In this document: positions 57,141 through 64,000 of the stretch, in pieces
How the letters are laid out: every line of letters begins with the position of its first letter
How positions within the stretch are numbered: the stretch's first letter is position 1
Assembly (NCBI GenBank): GCA_965246885.1
Contig: OZ251992.1
Span: 1,920,001 to 1,984,000 of the forward strand
Direction of reading: 5' to 3'
Length of the DNA stretch: 64,000 nt
DNA from: Abditibacterium sp.
GTDB taxonomy: Bacteria; Armatimonadota; Abditibacteriia; Abditibacteriales; Abditibacteriaceae
Made by a program: the position numbers and the translations under genes
Notes under the pieces: generated by a model
Database searches by the model: none
Seen by the model: only the letters and a program-made list of their open reading frames with translations
What the model was told of the DNA's origin: nothing

Positions 57141-57755
57141 TTAAGGAAGCAAGGCCGCGACGGGGATGACGACGTGCGGCAGTTCGAGCGGCCCCGCGCT
57201 CAAGGCGCGATTGAGGATTTCAAGCGAAGCGTAGCCCGCGCCGTGTCGTTGCGAAGTCATCGGTTGCGGGTTGCGGCGCACTTCAAGGCACTCGTCGCGC
57301 AGGTTCAACACCCAATACTCGCGCACGCCGAGCTTGGCATAAAACGAGGCTTTGTCGCCCCGGTTGTAAGCGAGGGTTTCGAGAGACACCTCGACCACCA
57401 GAATCGGGCACATCGGCCCCTCGGCCAAAATGTCGTTCCAATCGCCGCGAAAAACGGCGATGTCGGGTTCGGGGCGCGAACGCTCGTTGGAATAAAGCGT
57501 GCCCTGATTGGTTATGACGTAGGCGTTTTTGGGGAAGCATTCCCGAAGCAAGTCATACGTCTTCCCAACGCCAACCATGTGTTTGCCGGTGTGTGCGTTC
57601 AATTCGTTGATTTCTCCTTCGACTAACTCCACTCGATGCCCTTCAAATAAGCCCATTTCGCAAGCGCGCATATAGGTTTCGGCATCCCACAGGAATCGGT
57701 GAGCCGAAGAATCGCCGTTGTTCGCGGGCGGCGCGAGTTGTTCGGTTGTCTGCAT
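57141..57755 (-). CDS. Uma2 family (PD-(D/E)XK) endonuclease-like protein
   Basis: VELVEGEI, PEPDIAV, LVVEVS, K..YA..GVREYWVLNL; AGGAG RBS. Confidence 0.9.
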   Translation of the reverse strand: MQTTEQLAPPANNGDSSAHRFLWDAETYMRACEMGLFEGHRVELVEGEINELNAHTGKHMVGVGKTYDLLRECFPKNAYVITNQGTLYSNERSRPEPDIAVFRGDWNDILAEGPMCPILVVEVSLETLAYNRGDKASFYAKLGVREYWVLNLRDECLEVRRNPQPMTSQRHGAGYASLEILNRALSAGPLELPHVVIPVAALLP

Positions 57756-57776
57756 TGCGTCTCCTTTCCTCGAAGT

Positions 57777-58379
57777 TTAGGCTTTCTCCGGTGCGAAGTT
57801 GTTCAACCGTTGTATAACCTGTTCGAACTCAGCAATTGCGTAATCCCAAGGCGAAGCGGAAGAAAGCGGCGGGACTTCTTTTCTTTGGTGGTGCGCCTCT
57901 ATTTTGGCCGCGTGTTGCGCCAACGGCACGAGATAATCGGCGGCGTGTTGAGTGCCAAGTTTCGCGTCAAGGTGACAGAGCGCGCCTACTGTCCACTCTT
58001 CGCCGATGCTCCACTGGCTTCGGAGTGTCGCGTTGAGGTAGCCGCGCAAACACGCCGCGCCGTAGTGCGTGCCAAAACGCGCCATAGATAAACCCTGCAA
58101 ACGGCAAATGTTGGCGCGCTTTACGAGCGTTCGCCCGATTTGAATATCGAACTCGCTCCAATTCTTAAGCGCCGCGAACCAGCCGCCGCACTCGAAGACG
58201 CGCCAGTTGTCGTCATAGAGCAACTCTTCCACTACTTCTGGCGTAATCTCATCCAGCGCCTCGCACAATTGGGCCTTAAAGCCCGGCTGGATTTTCTCGT
58301 AGTCTGGCCCCAGAAAGTTGCCGTGCAAAAAGCTCAGGTAAAACGGAGCCGCCCATCGGCGCAAATCGACTTCTTGCAT
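57777..58379 (-). CDS. DUF6000-like protein
   Basis: RRWAAPFY, LL..NWR...GGWF, GAACLRGYL, GALCHLD...T; family recognised from memory. Confidence 0.55.
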   Translation of the reverse strand: MQEVDLRRWAAPFYLSFLHGNFLGPDYEKIQPGFKAQLCEALDEITPEVVEELLYDDNWRVFECGGWFAALKNWSEFDIQIGRTLVKRANICRLQGLSMARFGTHYGAACLRGYLNATLRSQWSIGEEWTVGALCHLDAKLGTQHAADYLVPLAQHAAKIEAHHQRKEVPPLSSASPWDYAIAEFEQVIQRLNNFAPEKA

Positions 58380-58418
58380 CTCGAAGAGAGGGCAAAGCAA
58401 CTCGCTTCGCCGATGGTT

Positions 58419-59765
58419 CTACGCCTCCAACCGATCCAACAAATACCGCTCCACGCCGTCGAGCGAGACGCGCTCTTGGGCCATCGTGTCGCGGTCGCGC
58501 ACGGTGACGGCTTGGTCGGCTTCGATGGTCTCGAAGTCCACCGTGACGCAGAACGGGGTGCCGATTTCGTCTTGGCGGCGGTAGAGCTTGCCAATGGCGC
58601 CGGTGTCGTCATACACGGCGTCGGTCTTTTTTAAGAGGGACTTTTGCAGCCGCTTGGCGACTTCGACGATGCGCGGCTCGTTCTTTTTGAGCGGCAACAC
58701 GGCGACTTTGACGGGCGCCAGCTTCGGCGAGAACTTGAGCACCACGCGCGTGTCGCCGGGTTTGACTTCTTCGAGGTTGTAAGCGTCCACCAGAAACGCG
58801 AGCGTGGCGCGGTCGGCTCCGGCGCTCGGCTCGATGACGTGCGGCACGATATGTTCCTTGGTTTCGGGGTCAAAGTAGGTCAGCTTTTGCCCCGAATACT
58901 TCGCGTGCTGCGAGAGGTCGTAGTCGCTCCGGTTGGCGATGCCTTCCAACTCCGCCGGTTCGTCCATGAAGGGAAAGGTGTATTCGATGTCCGTCGTGCC
59001 CTTGGAATAGTGCGCGAGTCCCTCGACGGGGTGAACGTGAAGCGACAACTTTTCGCGCGTCATGCCCATGTCCAGATACCACTGAAAGCGCGTGGCGATC
59101 CACTCGTGATAGAGCCGCTCGGCGTCTTCGGGGCGGCAGAAATACTCGATCTCCATTTGCTCGAACTCGCGCGTGCGAAAGGTGAAGTTGCCGGGCGTGA
59201 TCTCGTTGCGAAACGCCTTGCCGATTTGCGCGATGCCAAAGGGCAGCTTCTTGGCCGTCGCGGTTTGCACGTTTTTGAAGTTGACGAAGATGCCCTGCGC
59301 CGTTTCGGGCCGCAGGAACGCCATGTTCGAGCCGTCCTCCTTCTCGACCGGCCCCACCGCCGTCTTAAACATCATGTTGAACTGCCGCGCCTCGGTGAGT
59401 TCGCACGCCGAAAACTGCCCCGCCATCATCGAAGGCTTGTTCGGGCACGGCGACGACGCGAGGTGATCTTCCCGAAAGCGCCCCTTGCACGTTTTGCAAT
59501 CCACGAGCGGATCGTTAAACGTCGCCACGTGCCCCGACGCTTCCCACACCTTCGGGTGCATCAAAATCGCGGCGTCCAGCCCGACCATATCATCGCGCTG
59601 CCGCACGACCGCATCCCACCACGCCTGCTTGACGTTGCGCTTGAGTTCCACGCCGAGCGGCCCATAATCCCACGTCGAAGCGAAGCCGCCGTAAATCTCA
59701 CTCGATTGAAAAATAAACCCCCGCCGCTTGCACAGCGACACGATCTCATCCATTGAAACGCTCAT
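58419..59765 (-). CDS. glyQS: Glycine--tRNA ligase (homodimeric type)
   Basis: KRRGF, DYGPLG, LRPETAQGIF, FRNEI, FRTREFEQME, ELEGIANR, IEPSAG, YRRQDEIGTP. Confidence 0.97.
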   Translation of the reverse strand: MSVSMDEIVSLCKRRGFIFQSSEIYGGFASTWDYGPLGVELKRNVKQAWWDAVVRQRDDMVGLDAAILMHPKVWEASGHVATFNDPLVDCKTCKGRFREDHLASSPCPNKPSMMAGQFSACELTEARQFNMMFKTAVGPVEKEDGSNMAFLRPETAQGIFVNFKNVQTATAKKLPFGIAQIGKAFRNEITPGNFTFRTREFEQMEIEYFCRPEDAERLYHEWIATRFQWYLDMGMTREKLSLHVHPVEGLAHYSKGTTDIEYTFPFMDEPAELEGIANRSDYDLSQHAKYSGQKLTYFDPETKEHIVPHVIEPSAGADRATLAFLVDAYNLEEVKPGDTRVVLKFSPKLAPVKVAVLPLKKNEPRIVEVAKRLQKSLLKKTDAVYDDTGAIGKLYRRQDEIGTPFCVTVDFETIEADQAVTVRDRDTMAQERVSLDGVERYLLDRLEA

Positions 59766-59823
59766 TGCGGGTAAAGGTTAGCGCAAGGCGGGGCCAGCTT
59801 GATGCCCTTTTTGGCCCGAGTCG

Positions 59824-60816
59824 TCAGCGCGGGGGCAACTTAACCGAAAAGGGAATGGGCCAACCGCCGTTGATGAAGGCTTTGCCGTGCAAAGTGAGCG
59901 GTTGGCGCAGCGCGAGGGTGCGGTCTATTTCAACCATCATTACGCGCGCGGACTGAGTGGGGGTGTTCGGGAATTTGTCGTCGTCCCCACGCCAAGCGAG
60001 AGTAACTTTGGTTTGGTCGAATTTAACGACGTTCCTTGTGGCGTCGAGCAGTTCCACATAGGAATCGCTGAGCGAGAGGTCAGTCGGTTTGCCATCGGCG
60101 CGGGCCGGATGCGAAAAGCGAACCGTCACGACGCATTGGTCTACTGGTGGCTTGGTGTAAAATAGCGCCTCGAACGGCGCCGCGCGCGCGAAGATGAGAC
60201 TCCCGTTTGTGTTGCGGCTATGGTTGAAGACAAGATGCTCGCCCGCCGCCCGAACCACGCGCGTGATCCGCACTGGCCCTTGGCCGTTGACGAAATAAAT
60301 GCCGTGAAACGTGAGCGCGCCATAGCTCATCGGCACCTTTTCCAGATCGAGCGAGTGAGTGAAAACACAATCCCCATTCCCCCACTGACCATAGCCGGAA
60401 TAGTGGGTCTTTTGTGCGAGCGCGATGCGCTTTCGCTGGCCGTTTGATTGGTAAGTGAGCGCGCCGCCCGACGCGAGAAAGGCAAATTGGTCTCGTCTCA
60501 TCAACGGGTATGGATTGTTCTGCGATGGTTGTGGATGAGGGGCCAACGGGTTCAAGACGCTGTTGCTTTCATAGCCGCGCCCCCACCATTTCGGGCGCGG
60601 CCAAGGATGGGTAATGGAAACGGTGAGGGTGTGGCTCCTGCCTTCAAAGACCGAGTAGGCGCTGTTGGGCGTGACTGCAACCGACGACACGAACAGTTCG
60701 TTCGACTGCGGCGACGACACTTGCTCGACCCGCCATTGATACCACGCAAAGCCGCCCAACCCCAACGCGGGCAACAGGACGAAGGCGATTTCGCGGGCCT
60801 TGAGCGGGCGTTTCAT
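59824..60816 (-). CDS. Hypothetical membrane-anchored protein
   Basis: N-terminal anchor then beta-rich domain; ATGA overlap with upstream gene. Confidence 0.6.
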   Translation of the reverse strand: MKRPLKAREIAFVLLPALGLGGFAWYQWRVEQVSSPQSNELFVSSVAVTPNSAYSVFEGRSHTLTVSITHPWPRPKWWGRGYESNSVLNPLAPHPQPSQNNPYPLMRRDQFAFLASGGALTYQSNGQRKRIALAQKTHYSGYGQWGNGDCVFTHSLDLEKVPMSYGALTFHGIYFVNGQGPVRITRVVRAAGEHLVFNHSRNTNGSLIFARAAPFEALFYTKPPVDQCVVTVRFSHPARADGKPTDLSLSDSYVELLDATRNVVKFDQTKVTLAWRGDDDKFPNTPTQSARVMMVEIDRTLALRQPLTLHGKAFINGGWPIPFSVKLPPR

Positions 60817-61562
60817 GAGTTGGCCACCCCCGGCCATTCGCGCCAGAGGTTGGTGAGGCAGTCGAGGCGGTTTTGGTCGTGCTGCGGGTGTTTGACGCGG
60901 AAGAAGACGGCGAAGCGGGGGTTGGGGGCGAGGTTCATCGTGATGCCGTGCAGGAGTTGGTAGTGGGCGAGGACGACATCGCCGGGTTCGGCTTCGATTT
61001 GAACGGCGTCGCCGTAATCGAGGCGCGGGGCGAAGCCGCCTTGCAGCAAGTCTTGGAAGCCGTGTTCTTGGAAGTAGGCTTCCATCAGGCGGTGCGAGCC
61101 GGGCCAGACCGAGAAGTTGCCCGCATACGGCCCGCGAACGGGTGTCAGGAATACCGCCGCCAGAAGCGTGAACGAGTGCAGTTCGCCCTGTGGCACGCCG
61201 TTGGTGGGCGAGTGGATGCCGTCGAGATGCGAGATGGGCGGCTTGGATTCCGTTCCCAATGGACGCGGAAAGCGGAGCGCGATTTGGCCGTAACCTGTCC
61301 CGCGCGGCTCGCCGCCCAGCAGCGCCGCAACTGTTGGCGCGACGGTGGAGGCGTTATACAAGTCAGTGATGGGCGGCGAAACGGCGACTTCGGGAAACCA
61401 CGTTTGGGCCGCGAACTGCGTGAGTTTGTCTTCGGGGATGCCCCCGCCGATGCGGGCGTTGATGGCATGGACGGCGGTATCAATCAGTTCGGGCGCGACG
61501 GCGCCTTGGAGGAGCACATAACCATCGCGGCGCAAGGCTTCACGTTGTTGGGTGGAGAGCAT
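60813..61562 (-). CDS. Phytanoyl-CoA dioxygenase (PhyH) family Fe/2OG enzyme
   Basis: DGYVLL, HLD, VWPGSH, GDVVL.H..LLH. Confidence 0.8.
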   Translation of the reverse strand: MLSTQQREALRRDGYVLLQGAVAPELIDTAVHAINARIGGGIPEDKLTQFAAQTWFPEVAVSPPITDLYNASTVAPTVAALLGGEPRGTGYGQIALRFPRPLGTESKPPISHLDGIHSPTNGVPQGELHSFTLLAAVFLTPVRGPYAGNFSVWPGSHRLMEAYFQEHGFQDLLQGGFAPRLDYGDAVQIEAEPGDVVLAHYQLLHGITMNLAPNPRFAVFFRVKHPQHDQNRLDCLTNLWREWPGVANS

Positions 61563-61571
61563 GGAGAGAGT

Positions 61572-62672
61572 TTAGGAGGCAGACTGGGCGAGCAACTCGG
61601 ACAAAACCCGGTCGTAATCGGCGACCATCCGCTCGCGCGAGAAGTAGGTCAGCGCCTCATGTCGTCCCCGGTCGGCGCGGGGTTGAGAGGTGTTCGAGGC
61701 AAGGGCGTCCGTGATGACGCGCGCGGCGCCTTGGGCGTCGCCAAGGGGGAAAAGCCAGCCGTTCTCGCCGTCGCGCACTACGTCGCCGATGCCCGGCGCG
61801 ACGCTGGCGACGGCGGCACAACCGCACGCCATCGCTTCGATGAGCGCGAGGGGCAAACCCTCGTAACGCGTTGACAACACCGCGACGCGGCAAGCGCGCA
61901 GGAGGGCGGGCACGTCGCCGACGTTACCCAGAAACGCGACGCGCGCGCTCAAGCCCAATCGCGCCACGAGGCGCTCGCACTTTCGCCGGTGCCCGTTGTC
62001 GCCCCCGCCCGCGAGCAACAGGCGACCCGTCCAGCCGCCCGCGATGAGGTGCGGAACGGCGCGGATAAGCGTCGCGTGGTCTTTTTGGCGGGCGAAACGC
62101 GCGGCCATCACGATGTCGGGCGCACGCTCGGCAAGGGGCGGGGGCGCCATGCCAAAGCGCGCGGTGTCGAGGCCATTGTGGATGACAATTACCCGCCGTC
62201 CGCCGATGCCCAAGGCGCGCACGCGGTCGGCCACGCCACTGGACACACCTATAGTCAGTGGCGTTTGCCCCGCCAACCCGCGCACCCTTCCTAAGCCCCA
62301 AGGCAGATAACGCTCGAAGTTGTGCTCGACGTGAACGACGGCGCGCACCCCGGCGCGAACCGCCGCCACGCGGCCCCAGACGTGTTCGGTGTAGCCGTGC
62401 GCCACAAACACCCGCACTCCGTAGTTGCGGCACAGCGCTTCCAATTGCGCGAGCGTGCGGCCCTTGGGGAAGGAATCATCCACCCATTCCGTCCGCAACC
62501 CCGACGCGCCGATCTGCTCCTGCATCACGACGGGAAGCGGCCCCGGTTTGCGGCGCAACACCAGCATCGGCTCGAAGGCGTCCCCGGCGTGTTGCGCGAG
62601 CGCGACATCGAGCGCCACCCTTGTTGCGCCCGACCCGCCCCCCGAAACGAAATGAATAACGCGCTGCTTCAT
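61572..62672 (-). CDS. Glycosyltransferase family 4
   Basis: IHNG, ARFARQKDH, EGLPLALIEAMACG. Confidence 0.88.
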   Translation of the reverse strand: MKQRVIHFVSGGGSGATRVALDVALAQHAGDAFEPMLVLRRKPGPLPVVMQEQIGASGLRTEWVDDSFPKGRTLAQLEALCRNYGVRVFVAHGYTEHVWGRVAAVRAGVRAVVHVEHNFERYLPWGLGRVRGLAGQTPLTIGVSSGVADRVRALGIGGRRVIVIHNGLDTARFGMAPPPLAERAPDIVMAARFARQKDHATLIRAVPHLIAGGWTGRLLLAGGGDNGHRRKCERLVARLGLSARVAFLGNVGDVPALLRACRVAVLSTRYEGLPLALIEAMACGCAAVASVAPGIGDVVRDGENGWLFPLGDAQGAARVITDALASNTSQPRADRGRHEALTYFSRERMVADYDRVLSELLAQSAS

Positions 62673-62820
62673 CGGATGGAAGGGAGCAAAGCATAAACTG
62701 AAACGCGGACGAACGCCACAAAGAGGCGACCGAGAGTAGCCAACGCATTCCGCCCGACTTCCTGTCGCCTACCCAACGCGCCAATCCGCCTGACCGGGCA
62801 AGACAATCCCCCGGCTAAGC

Positions 62821-62960
62821 GAACATTTCGCCTACCTATCCAATCCGTTCCCCTGACTGGGTAACTGCTCTGCCCGACCAAACGAATCGTTCGCCGGGGC
62901 GGGTGAGCGTTCCGCCGGAGCGGGTGAGCGTTCCGCCGGAGCGGGGGACTGTTCTGCCCG
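62821..62960. repeat. 21-bp-period tandem array, decaying leftwards
   Basis: GAGCGTTCCGCCGGAGCGGG(T/G) at 62905 and 62926, related units at 62884, 62947 and weaker ones upstream. Confidence 0.7.
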
Positions 62961-62961
62961 C

Positions 62962-64000
62962 TTATCCCGTCGTTCGCAGCCCCGACGCGATGGCGTTGAT
63001 GGATAGCAATAGTTCGGGCAACAGTTCGTTCGCCCGCGCTTCGTCGCCGGATTTGTGGGCGGTGCGCCACTGTTGGAGCAGGCCCAACTGTTGGTCGTGG
63101 AGGATGCCCAAGGCGCGGGCGCGGACTTCAAGAGTTTTAATCATGCGTGGGCGGCGCGCTTCGAGGGTGCCGCCGAAGATGGCTTCCATGCCCGCATTGA
63201 TGCAGTGCCATTCGGCGGCGATGACGGCGAAGACGCGCTCGCGGATGGCGGGGTCTTCGACCAAAGCGGCGTAGCGTTGCATGAGGGCGAAGTCGGTCGA
63301 AGCGAGGTTGGTTTCGACGTTGGTGAGAACGTAGCGCAGGAACTTGGAGCCGCCGACCGACGCGCGCAGGAACTCCCACTCGTCGGGCGCGCCGGTCTGC
63401 AAGTCGGCGAGCGCGCTGCCCAAGCCGAACCATCCGGGCAAGTAGAAGCGGCTTTGATTCCACGAGAAAACCCACGGAATGGCGCGCAAATCGGCGAGAG
63501 TGGCTTGCCCGGTGCGGCGCGCGGGACGGCTACCGATGCGCGCGTTTTCGAGGGCGTCAATGGGCGTGGCCTCGCGGAAAAACGGGATGAAGCCGTCGAG
63601 GTTAAGGAGCGCGCGGTAAGCGTCGCCGCTTGTCTGGGATAAACGTTCGCACAGGGCGTTCAAGCGTTCGTCCGTTTGCTTGGGCCGCGTGCCGCGCAAG
63701 GTGTTGGCGGCGACGCCCGCAAGGAGCAGTTCGAGGTTGTAGGTCGCCGTCGCGCGGTTGCCGTATTTCTGGGCGATGGTCTCGCCCTGTTCCGTCACGC
63801 GCACATCGCCCGACAAACTCCCGTGCGGCAGGGCTTCCAAGAAGCGGTGCGTCGGCCCCGCGCCGCGCGAAATGGTGCCGCCGCGCCCGTGAAAGAAGCG
63901 CAGGCGCACGCCTGTCGCTTCGCCGACGCGGGCCATCGCCGACTGCCCTTTTTGTAGCGCCCACTGCGACGCGAAGATGCCTTTATCCTTGTTGGAATCG
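62962..64000 (-). CDS. ppc: Phosphoenolpyruvate carboxylase, 5' part outside window
   Basis: FHGRGGTISRG, TEQGE, IGSRPARR, LRAIPWVFSW, GLRTTG C-terminus. Confidence 0.96.
   Translation of the reverse strand, partial: DSNKDKGIFASQWALQKGQSAMARVGEATGVRLRFFHGRGGTISRGAGPTHRFLEALPHGSLSGDVRVTEQGETIAQKYGNRATATYNLELLLAGVAANTLRGTRPKQTDERLNALCERLSQTSGDAYRALLNLDGFIPFFREATPIDALENARIGSRPARRTGQATLADLRAIPWVFSWNQSRFYLPGWFGLGSALADLQTGAPDEWEFLRASVGGSKFLRYVLTNVETNLASTDFALMQRYAALVEDPAIRERVFAVIAAEWHCINAGMEAIFGGTLEARRPRMIKTLEVRARALGILHDQQLGLLQQWRTAHKSGDEARANELLPELLLSINAIASGLRTTG

Noticed and set aside
1..64000. tRNA, rRNA or other known structural RNA genes
   Set aside because: None recognised by eye; intergenic gaps are short or explained by repeats

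Overview
GC-rich bacterial chromosome segment, most likely Abditibacteriota/Armatimonadota (inferred from an Armatimonadete-style prepilin/DUF1559 H-X9-DG protein together with a lipid A pathway and dimeric GlyQS). Left to right: lipid A/Kdo cluster (kinase, lpxL, lpxK, waaA, msbA, a fused fabZ-lpxA, lpxB); a REP-flanked IS200-type Y1 transposase; leuB, rfbA, sbcDC; a PepSY/two-component locus; an ~8 kb metal island (CDF, split DUF4331 pair, TPR protein, two His-rich NicO/RcnA-like permeases, DUF1559 pilin-like protein, nikR); ABC exporter, pilT, glycosylation genes, lepB-rsmB-fmt-def; a divergent rpoN; ruvB; a tyrosine recombinase plus nucleotidyltransferase cassette; oppDF, era, glyQS and a partial ppc. 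Best candidate for an undescribed system: a His-triad pilin-like DUF1559 protein with a 28-bp NikR-type operator 6 nt from its start, embedded among nickel permeases (possible pilus-like nickel capture). Also notable: five intergenic 21-bp-period arrays, an RpoN with an altered RpoN box plus GG-N10-GC promoters, several REP/REPIN palindrome families, and many apparently leaderless genes. All calls are from motif recognition by eye; no searches were run, and start codons were re-picked manually.
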